Positions 14,336 to 27,710 of a stretch of 64,000 bases of DNA are shown piece by piece (within the stretch, counting starts at the first letter, position 1; each line of letters starts with the position of its first letter). The DNA is from Callorhinchus milii (lineage: Eukaryota). The notes under the pieces are model-generated. The model saw only the letters and a program-made list of their open reading frames with translations. It made no database searches and was not told where the DNA came from. A program made the position numbers and the translations under genes. Location: contig NW_024704742.1 in NCBI RefSeq assembly GCF_018977255.1, positions 132,434,001 through 132,498,000 on the forward strand, in the 5' to 3' direction.

Positions 14336-15089
14336 TTAAAATAGATTTCCAGGTTCAATATTTTTAAGATAAAATATTGACTGAAAATGACTCGCTACGG
14401 TCTTTGGCATCTTACAGAAGAATGTGCTTTAAGGTATGCCACACAGGAAGTGCTTTGAAATTTTTGGGGATTGCAATGTTATCCAATTTTGCTTTAGATC
14501 AGCCTGGCTTTGTCCCCACCCTTCTTCAAATAGGAGGGAGAGGGAAGTGGTCCGATTAAGACATTTCTAGTGACGGCGGGGGGGGGGGGGGAGGTGACCT
14601 GACTTGCAGGATGCACATGGCTCATCTCCTTCTGTTTTTTTGTCATTGCTCCAAAGTGTTCGATTGAGGCCCAAGTAAGAATCAGTATAGGAGTGGTAAT
14701 GATTAGTGCCATAGAACGGTGTATGGTGAAGAAGGCTTGATGGCCTTTTTTCCTGAATGATACTAATGATATAATTGACAAACAAAGTTGTTCATCTCAG
14801 TTTTGCTGGCTCTTCGGAGCTACTGAGTTTACTCAACTGTGGTCTTCCTTTCCTACCTTAGGGGCACAAAAAGGGTCAGAGATTAACCTCATAATATCAA
14901 ATATGCTGCCCAGTTAATCAGCATTTTGTTTTCATTTGTGCTACAAAACCACTCTGGCAGACCATTTTAAATTTTACCGGATAATATACAATATAATAAT
15001 AGAAATATCTTGATATTTAAGTAGCTGTATTAATGTTTATTTCTTGAACACAAGTGTATGAGTTGGAAATATACAGACCAGTCAGCCCA

Positions 15090-15305
15090 CAGAGAATATG
15101 TGCGAGTTATTACTATCTGAAATGCACTGTCTGAAAAGGTGGTGAAAGCACCGTCAATAATACCTTTCAAAAGGGAATTGGCTATATACTTGAAAAGGAA
15201 AAAAAATTGCAAGGCTATGTATGGAGAAAGTGCGGGGAAGTGGGACTCGTTGGGTAGCTCTTTCAAAGAACGGCCTCTTTCCGTGCTGTAAGATTGTATG
15301 ATATT
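15090..15305 (+). mobile_element. CR1 3' fragment
   Basis: Matches 27490-27710. Confidence 0.78.
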
Positions 15306-15934
15306 GTGAGCTAGAGAGGTATGGGTTAAACAGCAAATATTTCAATACAATAAACTACAGCATTGCCTCAGCAACATGACAAATAGAAGAGCAGCGAGGA
15401 CACTTTCTCTCCATGTCCTTAACATCCCCAAGGTGTCCAATTGCCAAATGAGACATTCTAGGAGGGCTTGTGCTGTGAACATTTAACAGAGAATGAAGTG
15501 TAAGTGACCTTTACAAAACATCAGTATGTTAAATTGTAATTTCAGCCTCTGGAGATGAAAAGCAGCAAACTACCATTTTGACTGTTTATTTTTACATTGT
15601 GAGTAATGGTCTGGTGTGCATCAGAGCAACCATTATTGTCCCTAAAGCACCTGAATGAGTTCCCTTGTCTATGGGAGTGGGCAGGTTTCGATTAACGAAG
15701 TTAAAAATGGTTTCAAAACGCCATGCAAAATGGAAGTTGGGTGCTGAAAAGAAAAGGTAGTTTTACAGCAAGAAAAACAGGCAAGAATAAATAGGAAATG
15801 GGAAAAAGCTGCATTAAAAATAGAAAAGGCTGAAAGGATACACACTTGGACGTGCTTAAGAAAATGTATTAAATTTGATTTTAACAATTCAGAGTTAACA
15901 TTTCAGTCAATTAACTTATTGTTGGGGTATACTC

Positions 15935-16297
15935 CCCTCCTACCTCTCTGAACTGCTGACTCGCTACCAACCTGCCCGCTCCCTCCATTCATCGGGCTCC
16001 GGCCTGCTCCATGTCTCCCGCCCGACCATCGGTGGCCGGACTTTCAGCCTCTCTGCCCCCACACTTTAGAACTGCATCCCACGGTCCCTTTGCCTCGCTT
16101 CCTCCCTTGCCTCCTTCAAGGCTGGTCTCAAGACCCTTCTCTTCGACCGTGCCTTTAGTCTCCCTCCCACCTCTCTGCCTTCCCTCATCCCTACACCACC
16201 CCTCCCCCATGCTCGGGCCCCAACACCTGACTGTTCAATGCTTTGGGACGTCCTCCTGACGTGAAAGGTGCTCTATAAATGTCATTTTGTTGTTGTT
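15935..16297 (+). mobile_element. L2 family A 3' fragment
   Basis: 3' end of ORF2 plus gggacgtcctcctgacgtgaaagg and a (TTG)n tail. Confidence 0.82.
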
Positions 16298-18824
16298 GGG
16301 TATATACACAAGTGTAATATTTACTGGGATGCTTTCAACATTACAGTACATGAAATTAAAGTGCAGAAATCAGACTAGTCTGAAGGTTAATGCTAATAAC
16401 AACTTGTAGCGCCCTTCACACAGGGCAGAGCCTCTGAGCAGCCCTTAAAAAACTACCTTTAGAAAGAGAGCAGGACTAATATTATAACAGTTAAACCTTT
16501 TCATAAATATGCAAAATCTCATATGTGTGGCAAACCATTAACATGTTATACTGCATCTATGATCCTTGGATTTGATTGCATCACTGTAAGTGGTTTGGGA
16601 TTGGTGCAGACAATCAGCCAAACTCGGGTATATGCCAGGTAGACTGCAGTCAGAATATTACACGTTTAAATTCTGGGTTTACAGAAAGGCAAATTGTCAG
16701 GCCTATGTTATATTTTCTTTTGAGGTTAAAAAACAAGGCGTCCGAACTTTCCTTTAATGCCCCAAAATTGATCTAGTCATGAAAAGGACAATTCAGAAAT
16801 GGAGCTGGGAGACAGCGGGTCTGCTTTCTGCAGATAAAGTGAATCACAGCATCACAGAATGTGATGGTACAGAAATAAGCCCTTAAACCTATAGACCTGG
16901 TATTTTTTTCTTGAAAGTCAGGTAATCTCCCTGTTTGTCTCCCTAACCCTTAATATTCATTTTTCAAGCATCTAATCCCTTTTTTTTCAAAAAAAAGATA
17001 TACATTGTGATTCAATGATTTTTGGCAGAGAAAGCATCAGTCATTGGATTGGGGACAGGGACTCTTCTCACTAAGCTCCTGTTAACCCTGCAAAGGCCTA
17101 ACAGGTAGGGTGGTCCTAGCTGGACAAGCAGTAGGAAAGCTTGCTAGCTAGTGCCCTCAATGGCAAGCTACGTGGTTTTAGCTGGTTAGACTCCAGCAGT
17201 ACCCCAACGCACACTCTGGGGTCCCCAAGCCTTTGCTCTTGCCAACCTGGTTTTGTTTGCAACCCAGTATCTTTCAGCCAAGGTGTTTCTCAATTGAAAA
17301 TCCCTCTCACAAACTTGTATTTGGTTCAATTAACCAGAGTCAATAAATTAAAAATTGCCGTTTATCAAAAGAGCTATTGATATATTAATATGGGTCAGAA
17401 TGTTACATTTGCTGATAAAAGTTCACCTGGAAAAGGCACAGTTCAAATTCTTAGGAGACTTACTTACGTAAGTCGTGGGCACTTATCTTAGTCACAGAAA
17501 ATATTTATAAACTATAACTGATGGCAGCAAATCAGTGAAGACATATGTTATTGCACCCCTCAAAAATCTTTTACATGTTTGAATGTCAGCAACTGCTCCG
17601 ATTATCATTCCTTTAGCATTACAGTTGTAAAGAGCTTTGAATGAAACAAACTGTGCAGATCCTTTCACTTATTGTAAGAGAAATGTTGCATGTGTAATAA
17701 ATTCTAAATCTATTTTCAGATTACAAAACCAAAACCAGCATTTGCAGGAACAGCCCCCAGCAATTTCCAGACTTCCAAGTATCTATTTATCTGCCAATTT
17801 CAAGAAACATTTATTCACTCCAAAATTTAAATCTCCTGCTGCTTTGTTCAGTTAAGGAAACTGGGCAATCTAGTCTATACTCTTTTCCACAGCTGGATTA
17901 GTCAATGCTAAATTTAGCAATAACTACAAACGAACAATGGAAACAAGACCTTAATTACCCACTTTTTCCTTCATTCATCCAGATGATCCAACCAGAAGTG
18001 AAAAATCCACAAATTGGTTACCTCATTATTCTAAGCACAAAATTTAATTCATCATTAATTCCATGACCATTACCTTATTAAAAATCTGACTAGCTAGATA
18101 CACTGGACCTTTTTTTTTTAAATGGTGGGGGGAGAAAAAGAGATGATCAGAAGGGGGAATCTATTCTAGCAAAATTTGAGAGCTGCTTTCTTTAATTCAG
18201 CCACATTGTAAAAATCTAAATTGCTGTAGAACAAACTAAATACTCAGCGGTTATCCTGCCAGCAATACAGCCAGCAATTCACCAATGAGGTGACAACTAA
18301 ACACCAGCTTCCATTTATATAGCACCCTTCACGCAGGGTACCATCTCTAAATGCTTAAGAACGGTGGAGATCGATGCTGAGCCGAGGTGAGGCAAGATCT
18401 GATTTTATCAGCCTCTCAAGTGAATTCCGCATGATTACTGAATACCCCAATGAATAAACTGTTAAATAAATATTGGCTGTATTTCTACAGGTGCTTCTAC
18501 AGATTTAGGAGATCACTCCCGAGAACAAAATTGCAGTAAAGCAGTTCTATTTTGTAAATCTTGTAGGTGGAGATCACCCTCCCAAGAAATCTTGGCTGAA
18601 TCTGCAGAAAAGCCTTCCGTGCTTTGAGACGTATTCTGAGTAAGCAGTCAACAGTTTACAACAAAATTTGGGTGAACAAAATGTGCGTGAATTAATCCAA
18701 AATACAATTCTTACATATGATTTGGCTCCTTTCACTTCAGGTGAGCATCCCAAATTGGTTACCTCATTATTCTAAGCACAGACTTTAATTCATCATTAAT
18801 TCCATGACCAGTGTCAATTTCCAG

Positions 18825-19125
18825 ACTGCAATGTCCCGCAAACAGCCATAAAGTGAACGATCAATTGTATTTGGGGGATTGTTGGCGAGGACACTGGGAT
18901 ATGTTCCTCTTTTTAAATAGTGTCATGGGATAATGTCCACCTGATTAGTCAGACAAGTCCTCAGTTTAAAATCTCATCTGAAAGACTGCATTTTAGACAA
19001 TGCAGCCCACCCCCAGGACTGTATTGGAGTAACAGCTGACTATCCAAGGTCCCAACATGGGGCTTGAACCCACGATCGTATGACTCAGAGGTGAGAGTGC
19101 TAGCAACTGAGCCAGGCTGACACCT
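18825..19125 (-). mobile_element. Older tRNA-headed SINE family (SacSINE1-like); further copies at about 49660-49980 and 61905-62322
   Basis: Shared aatagtgtcatggga...cctcagtttaa..tctcatc.gaaaga motif and tRNA-like head. The family name is from recall. Confidence 0.65.
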
Positions 19126-21108
19126 GAATTGCTTGAGAATGTAGGTATGAACTATTTATAGTTCAGAATGTTGCATCTTTTGCCAGCATATTTATATCAT
19201 AAAACCACTGAATGGCATGGATACAGCAACATCAAATACATCCTTTATTTCATTTTGAGTTCACAGTAGATTGGAAATATGCCATTTCTGAGATCCTGTA
19301 CAGATCTCACCATGTCTAAAGCACCACACAACCATCAGAATGAGAGGGTCAGCACAACACTTTTATTCAAATGAGTATTTGTTGAGTTCACACAAACTCA
19401 ACTTCTTCATAAATTAACATAAAAATGAATATTCAACCAACAATCAACCAACACCGAGTACATTAACTATTTCCCAACTCACCCATTCATACAATTCCAC
19501 TCCTCAAGGCCCTCTCATTATCCTCTCTCCTGGTTTAACAACCTACTAATCCATATTGTATTCTCCTCTCATTCCATTTTGCAGACTTTGTTCAATCTAG
19601 GCCCCACTACACTACGCTGTATCCTGCTCACTTTGTCCTATAACACTACAATGTTATCGTGAACTCAAGTTGAGACCACAATAACAAAGTATCTCGATTT
19701 GAACATCTGTTTTTTTCAATATTAAGCAATACAGATTAATAACATTTTGCAGTAACGGTCACAGTTCTATTAGGATTAACAGCATAGCTCGGGGTGAGAG
19801 TACTTTCTGCCTGAGAGGTTCAAATGATGGTTTTCAGACAAAGCTTAATCTGAAAGTGGATTGAGCAGCATCAGCTGATTTTCAGTAGCCACTGAAAACA
19901 AGATGTGGAATTGTTATTTAAGTGATCTGAGATGCCGCCTGGCATGGAGGGTGCTATATAAATGCAAGTTGTTGTTGTGGTGGTATCAAGTATATATTAC
20001 CTGCTTTCGGCATAATTGGCAACAAATTAATTTTAATCAATTAATTTTTTTAGATAAAAAATCCAACTGCGTTTCATTTTTGGTGTTAATTTAAAATGTA
20101 GCCTCAGTTTTCAATGCAGCTAGTTTGTTCAGTAACTGTTTTTTTAAAAAACAAGCATCACTGCATTACTGTAAAACGGCTGTATGAAGACTTTCTAGGG
20201 ATTACTGATTTCTCAAAAGGTAATGATGTCTTACTCAAACGTCAATACATACAGGACAATTTTCCATAGCAACAGCTACCAGCAGCTAAAATATCTCAAA
20301 ATCCAAATCAATTTGATGGTGTGCAAATGAGAAATTCAAGAACCCACCAGACCTCAGGCAATAATTTCAAGAATCAGATGATGATTATGTTCTACTCGAG
20401 TTTCATTCTTCCGGCTTGTGATGTCATCTGAACCCTTGATTAAGGCTACTTTGCAATCACACAGAGCTCTTCATTATTTTATATTTAATTTGTGAATCAA
20501 TTCAAATACAATTGAGAATTTTTACCCGAGAATGGTATATTACTACTCCTGGCTTTGCAGTGGTTAATCATAGAATCTTACAGCACAGAAGGAGGACATT
20601 CGACCCATCGTGCCTGTGCTAGCTCTTTGGAAGAGCTACCCAATCAGTCCCACTCCCTCGCTCTTTCCCCATATCCTTGCAAATTTTTCCTCTTCAAGTA
20701 CCTATTTAATTCCCTTTTTAAATTTGTTATTGAATCTGTTTCCACCACCCTTTCAGGCAGGTCATTCCAGACCGTAACAACTCTTTCTGTAAAAAAAATT
20801 CTCCTCAACTTCCCTGCGGTTCTTTTGCCAATTATTTTGAATCTACGTTCCCTGGTTACCAACCTGTCTGCCAGTGTAAACAGTTTCTCCCTATCCACTA
20901 TCAAAACCCCTCATTATTTTGACACCTCTATTAAATCTCCCTTAACTTTCTCTGGTTAGAACAATCCCAGCTTCTCGAGTCTCCACATAACTAAAGTCCA
21001 TCATCCCTGGTACTATTCTGGTAAATCTCCTCTACACCCTCTCTAAGGCCTTGATATCCTTCCTTGTGGAGCCCAGAATTGGACACAATACCCCAGCTGA
21101 GGCCTACA

Positions 21109-21830
21109 TAACAACAACAACAACAAGATTCCATTTATAGAGCGCCTTTCACGTCGGGAGAACATCCCAAGGCACTGGACAGTTGGGTCAGGACCCGAGC
21201 AGGGAGGAAATGGTCAGGGTGAGGGGAGGGAAGAGAGGGAGCAGAGAGTCGAGAGAGGAGCTGAAGGCACGGTCAAAGAGAAAGGTCTTGAGACCGGCTC
21301 TGAAGGAGGAAAGGGAGGAATCAAGGCAAAGGCACTGGGGGATGGAGTTCCAGAGCCTCGGGGCTGAAGGCCCGGCCATCGATCGTAGGGCGGTCAGGGC
21401 GGGGGATGTGGAGCAAACCGGAGTGAGAGGAACAGAGGGTATGGGCAGGTAGGTAGGGGGATAGTTGGTCGGAGAGGGAGGAGGGAGCAAGGCCGTGAAT
21501 GGCCTTGTAGGTGAGGATGAGGATCTTGAATTCGATCCTCTGGGGGATTGGAAGCCATTGGAAGTGAGCGAGGGTGGGAGTCATGTGGTCGCGAAGCCTG
21601 GTGTGGGACAGTACACGAGCTGCAGAGTTCTGAATTGACCTGCAGCTTGTGGAGGGAGGTACCGGGAAGGCCGGCGAGGAGAGAGTTCCCATAGTCCAGC
21701 ATTGAGGTGATAAAGGCGTGGACCAGAGTTTCAGCAGTGTGAGGGATGAGGTAGTGCCGTAGTCTGACGATGTTTCATAGGTGATGGAAGGCGGTGCCAG
21801 TTGTGTCGCGGATATGAGGAAGAAAGGACA
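21109..21830 (-). mobile_element. L2 family A insertion within the CR1
   Basis: [50 protein letters not shown] peptide and (AAC)n tail. Confidence 0.88.
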
Positions 21831-22066
21831 GCCTAACTAGTGACTCAAAGGTTTAGCATAACGTCCTTGCTTTTGCACCCAATGCCTCTATTTATAAAGC
21901 CAAGGATCCCATATGCTTTTTAACAACTCGATCAACCTGTCCTGCCACCTTCAAAGACTTGTGTATGTGAACCCCCAGTTCTCTCTACTCCTGAACCCTC
22001 TTTAAAACTACCATTTATTGTATATTGCCTCTCCTCATTCCTCCTCCAAAAATGCATCCCCCCACA

Positions 22067-23835
22067 CTTCAACTGTCACCTGTCTGCCCAACTCCAACCT
22101 CCCTTTCCTTTCCAAGGTCCTGAAATAACAACTTGGATTTATATAGTGCCCTCCACGCCGGACGGCGTCTCAGAGCGCTTCGTTGCTTCCCACCTTCGCT
22201 CCTTCCTCTCCCGCCACTCCCTTCACGAACCCCTCCAATCAGGTTTCCGCTCTGCCCACAGCACAGAAACAACTTTGGTCAAGGTGACAAATGACATTTT
22301 ATCCATCTGCGACCAGGGCTACCACTCCCTACTCGTCCTCCTTGACCTCTCTGCTGCCTTCGATACTATTGACAACTCTATCCTCCTCCACCGCCTCTCC
22401 TCTCACCTCAACCTTCATACTTCTGTCCTTGTATGGTTCAGATCCTACCTCTCACACTGTCTCCACTTCATCTCCACAAACAGCTTCTCCTCTAGCCCCC
22501 TCACTGTCTTGTGCAGAGTTCCTCAGGGCTGTGCTTTGTTCCCCTCCTTTTCAATATATATAAATGCTCCCTCTTGGTGACATTACGCAGAAATGGGGTA
22601 AATTTTCACATATATGTGAATGATACCCAACTCTAACTCTCTTCCTCCACCCTCGACTCCAGGACCACTGCTGTCCTGACAGAATGTCTGTCAGACATTA
22701 AGTCCTGGATGAGAGCTAACTTTCTACAGTTGAACATCAACAAGACTGAGGCCCTCCCGTCAGCACCTCTACATTTCAGGCACTGAGAGCATCACCATCC
22801 AAGGATGCACACTCCACTTTACGAAGCTAATCCAGAACCTTGCGGTCTTGTTTGAACCTCAGCTATCCTTTCTACCCTATATCCGTGCCATGACCCGCTC
22901 TACCTCCCCCCACCTCCGCAACACTGCCCGGCTTCGCCACTGTCTCAGACCGTAGGCTGCCGAGCCTCTCATACATGCATTCATAACATCCAGGTTCCAT
23001 TATGCAAACCGCCTGCTTGTCGGCCTCCCCAACTCCTCCCTCCACAGGCTGCAAATCATCCAGAACTCTACAGCCCGTATCCTCTCCCACACCAGGCTCC
23101 ACGACCCTATCACCCCCATCCTTACCCGACTCCACTGGCTTATAATAATAATCCTTGCATTTGATATAGTGCTTTATCATGTCTTCGAGACGTCTCAAAG
23201 CGCTTCACAGAATTATACTGTAAACTGAATTGAATGTATATTTGTGGGTGAAATGCGGCAGCCAATTGGGTACAGCAGTGTCCCACAAACAGTCATGGAT
23301 TAAGTAACCAAATTATTAATTTGTTTGAGGGATTATTATCCCATCACACAGAGGATACTGTTCAAGATCATGGTCCTCACTTTCAAAGCCCTCCATTGCC
23401 TTGCTCCCCCTTACCTCCGCAACCTCCTAAACCCCTACCAACCTGCCTGCTCACTCCGCTCAGCGGGCTCCGGCCTGCTTCATGTTCCCTACCTTGCCGG
23501 CCCCACCACTGGTAGGCGGGCCTTCTGCCATTCTGCCCTCACCTTCTGGAACTCCATCCTGCAGTTCTTCCGTCTCGCTCCCTCCCTTGTTTGCTTCAAG
23601 ACCCTCCACTTCAACCATGCCTTTGGTCATCCTCCTTCCTCCACTGCCCTCCATCCTGCCCCATCCCGATCCCCAGCTCGGGTCGGAAGCACTGATTGTC
23701 CAACGCCTTGAGACGTCCTCCCGACGTGAAAGGCACGATACAAATTTAATTTTGTTGTTGTTGTTGTCTGTCTATGTCCTTCCTGACTGTTCAAGTCCTT
23801 GGGAAGTGAAAGGCACTATACAAATGTAATTTTGT
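22067..23835 (+). mobile_element. L2 ORF2 (RT) remnant with an internal SINE and a doubled 3' tail
   Basis: LQSGFRSAHSTETTLVKVTNDI...LVLLDLSAAFDTIDN...VPQG RT motifs, with stops and frameshifts. Confidence 0.9.
23141..23340 (-). mobile_element. SINE 3' part inserted in an L2
   Basis: (TAA)n tail and gcggcagccaattg...gtcccacaaac domain. Interrupts the L2 HWL|PITQR sequence. Confidence 0.85.
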
Positions 23836-24559
23836 TGGTTTGATGTTGTCCTCCTGCAGTCTGCTCGCATCATCCTCACTGTTTGCTGTGGTCCCAAGTT
23901 TTTTGTCATCTGCAAACTTTAAAATTTTCCTCTCTATACCCAAGTCCAAGTATGTATATCAAAAAGAACAGTGGACCCAATTCTGATCGCTGGCGGACAC
24001 CACTGTATACTCCAGTCTGAAAAACAACCATTCATCATTACCCTCTGCTTTCTGTCTCCCAGCCAATTTGGTATCCATGCTACCACTGTCCCTTTCCATG
24101 GGCTTTAATAACTAGTCTTATTATTTGGCATTTTATCAAACACCTTCTGAAAGTCCATATACACTACATTAACTGCTCTACCTTCATCAATCCTCTCCGT
24201 TATATCATCAAAGAACTTTGTTAATTTGTTAACTGAACAGTGTAAACCTTTAAGCTACCAACATTATAAAAGAAAAGGCTGTAGGAGTGACTAACTCTCA
24301 GGGGTGTATGTGTGTTCAAGTGTAGGAAGCAATGATGATACTGACAAAGGGCAAACAGCTGATCCTAAATCTGATGAAAATACAGCATTGTAATATGCAT
24401 CGGTGCATTCATACATTAATTTGCGCATGCTATTCCACTCTGCATTACTTAGCTGCTTCCTCAAACATCAGGCAATGCTGGTGTCTCACTCATTTTCCTT
24501 TTCATCTCACTTCACTCAGGCACTCCTTAAAACAGGACTAACAATATGTACACTGAGTA

Positions 24560-24845
24560 AAGAGAGAGAAGAAATAGTGTGGAGAGAGTGAGTGAAGTGT
24601 GAAGTGGAAGAAGGCGGTCCTGGTCAGGGACCGGATGTGGGGGAGAAAGGACATCTGGGGGTTGAACTGGACGCCTAGGTTGCGCACTGGTTCAATGAGT
24701 CTGAGGGACAGTCCAGGGAGATTGAGGAGTTTAGATACGCAGGATTGAAGACGTTGACAGGAGCCAAGGAGTATGGATTCCATCTTGTCCATATTTAGTT
24801 GTAAGACGTTTACACTCATCCAGTGCTTGATGTCTGCCAGCAATG
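24560..24845 (-). mobile_element. L2 internal fragment
   Basis: DIKHWMSVNVLQLNMDKMESILLGS...VRNLGVQF peptide. Confidence 0.8.
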
Positions 24846-25042
24846 CTGTTAGGCAATGTCAAACTTGGGTTTTAAAAACCTGTACCTTGAGTGCAAGGGA
24901 AGACTGATATAAGGGAGCAAAATGCTAGTCTTGAAAAGACTTGAGCTCTGTGGAGAGTTAATACTCTTCGGCGGAAAAAAAATGTTTGGAACCAAAGAAA
25001 AATAAACAAACAAGCTTTTCAGACTTGATGTGCCAACAGAGT

Positions 25043-25307
25043 ACGATGTCAGAACTTTATAAAGGAGCTTAGTTGTTCGTCGATTGGCAGATCACTTTTC
25101 CAAAGGTAAAAATTCCTTTAAAAAAAAATAAACTGGTCACTTCAATCCACGATTGTTTGTGGGATATTGCTGTGCACAGTTGGTTGCCACGTTTCGCCCC
25201 CAAAATATACAGTCAATTCACTTTACAGTATATTCTGTGAAGAGATTTGAGATGTCTTGAAGATGTGATAAGGCACTATATCAACTGCAAGGATTATTAT
25301 TATTATT
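25043..25307 (+). mobile_element. SINE (long variant) lacking the head
   Basis: Shares the segment acgatgtcagaactttataaag with the copy at 30703. Confidence 0.82.
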
Positions 25308-26674
25308 TGACTATTATAATAGAGGAGAGAGTAAGGTCACAAATGTCGACTTTTGGAGAATAAATAGTGCGGGCTTCAAAGGTGGTAGTTGCTGGTTAGA
25401 CTTGTTAGAAACATGACATCTGAAGAAATTAAGGAATCAAACTGTTCATTTTCTCTTTGAAGGGAATAGATGATCAAGGTTTAGAGATTTAGTATTGGCA
25501 CTATGACAGGAATTAAAATATTCACACTGTATTTGGCACAGTTCATCATACCACCTCAGAAGTTTCGTTGAGAACTCCATATATTTAAGTACTTTTATGT
25601 TAAATGAGATGGAATGCTAGTCTTGGTTAAAACTCACATTTATATGTCGTAGGTAAACAAAACCACACAGGAGAATCAATGAACTTCCTGCATCAGTACT
25701 AAAAGCACAAAGCCTTAGAAATACTCAAGACTCATCTGCGCCAAATAAACTTACACCAGAACATATTGCAGAAAAGGCCTTTGTGATGTATCTGGTCAGT
25801 CAGTCCCATGTGCATAACAAATAAACCCACACAATTCGTTTTGGATTCGAGACTCATTTGAATCCCTGGATAATCTATTTCGCAACTCTATGTTAAGTGA
25901 ATAAATCTGAACCGTCTGTTCACCTCCCCTCAAAAGCTTTAGTCTGCTCCCACTAGCTCCACTGGGGGAAGCTAGCACAACACAAACCCAAAGGCTAAAT
26001 AGCTTCTTTCTGTACTGAAATTTCAATGAACTGATTGATGGCTATTCAAAGGGAAGAAATTCATAGAAAGTGGACAGGAAAACATTAGTAGTTTGCCCAG
26101 CTTGTATTTTCCACATCAACAGTCCATATTCACAAGATAGCAAAGAACATGGTCCCAGCAAGGCAGCAGAGGGTCAATGCTAAAGGAAATTAAAATGAAT
26201 TTCTGTTGAAAGATGAGCAGTTGGCTTGTGGTAGAACTGTAACATCAGCAATTCCACAGTTTAGGAATTGCTTATCTTTATAAAGATAAAGCAAACATTT
26301 ATGTACATGTATCAAAAAGCTTTGTGGGAAAAAAAAGTCAAGACATCTCAAGATTGAGTCAGACATGTTCCAATTTGGCCAATTGCTTTCTACTTCATCA
26401 CTCTCCACTTGTACACGTCTGAATGGCACATGTTTCAAAATTCATATACATTAAATTGCTTTTTTATGACAGCCTTACTAATACAAGATTCAAACACTTA
26501 CACTGATGGAATCAGAAATTTACAGTACAGGAGGCGGCCATATAATTCATTGTCCCTGTGTTCACTGTCTGGAAGAACTATCCATAACACACAATCTCCT
26601 TCCCCTATACTTATAATTTTCGTACATTTGGCTAATTCCCTTTTAAAAGCTATTATGGATTCTGTTTCAACCAC

Positions 26675-27268
26675 TGAGTTTGCTCAGCCATACTTAAGAG
26701 TATCCAAACTAAGCTGAGGTTTCCATGCATTCCAGCTACACATGGAAATCCCAGAGATAGATTGTTGGAATGGTATGCATACTCTCTCCTTGAAGTGACG
26801 CATCCTGCTTATCCAATTCCAGAAAGTATTAGGCACAGATTGGCAAGAGCCAAGGCTTGGGGACCCCAGAGTGTGCGTTGGGGTACTGCTGGAGTCTAAC
26901 CAGCTAAAATCCCCAGCTTGCCATTGATATTACTGTCCGGCAAGCTTTCCCACTGCTTGTCCAGCGAGGATCACCCTATCCGTTAGGCCTTTGGCTTGCA
27001 GGGTTAATAGGATTTGAGTGGGCTGACTCCCTGCCCCCAGAGACTGGTTTGCCCTTTCAGGTCCTGCCGATGAATCAGGATGGCTGTGCTGTCATTAGCA
27101 GTTCCCTGGAATACTACGGATCTGCTTGACTCAGGAACTGGACTACCTAGACCGCTATAGAAGGCTGGCTCTATTCTGACATTCCTTTGCCAGGCATGTT
27201 ACCTTAGAACTAGTCTAGCTCCAAGGAGACTCTGCTTACCCTCCACCCCCAGGTTAGACTTGAGATTG
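26675..27268 (+). repeat. Unclassified interspersed repeat (about 600 bp) inserted in a CR1 fragment; partial copies at about 1905-2132(-), 17048-17250(-), 31840-32003(+), 40100-40300(+)
   Basis: Shared motifs include ttggcaagagc.aaggcttggggaccccagagtgtgcgttggggtactgctggagtctaaccagctaaaa and ggaatgg.atgca.actctctcc.tgga.ggacgcatcctgctta. Confidence 0.75.
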
Positions 27269-27434
27269 GTAGGCCAATCCATGTCCTAATAACCTCTGTG
27301 CAAAAAAAACCTCTAACCTCTCCCTTTGCTTTTTTTTTTGACAATTTTAAATTCATGCCCAGAAGAACTCTTCTTCTCATTTACCTCATCAGCACTTCTT
27401 CTTTCACTGGAAACAATACATTTTTTATCGAAGT

Positions 27435-27710
27435 ATTGGTTTAAGAGAATTAGCAAAAGAACCAGAGGGGAGATGAGGAATTCTTTTTGTGCAGCAAGTT
27501 GTTACTATCTGGAATGCACTGCCTGAAAGGGTGGGGAAGCAGATTCAATAATTATTTTCAAAAGGGAATTAGATATATACTTGAAAAGGAAAAATTTGCA
27601 GAGCTACAGGAGAAAAGCAGAGGGTGGCACTAATTGGATAGCTCTTTCAAAGAGCCAACACAGGCACGATGGGCCGAATGGCCTCCTTCTGTGCTGTAAG
27701 ATTCTATGAT
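27435..27710 (+). mobile_element. CR1 3' fragment
   Basis: KRTRGEMRNSF... and terminal gatgggccgaatggcctccttctgtgctgtaagattctatgat. Confidence 0.83.

Larger units (their letters stand above)
20568..24230 (-). mobile_element. CR1-type LINE interrupted by nested L2 and SINE insertions
   Basis: RRIFFTERVVTVWNDLPERVVE peptide and a CR1 3' end at about 20570. CR1 sequence resumes at about 21831-22066 and 23870-24230. Confidence 0.85.
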
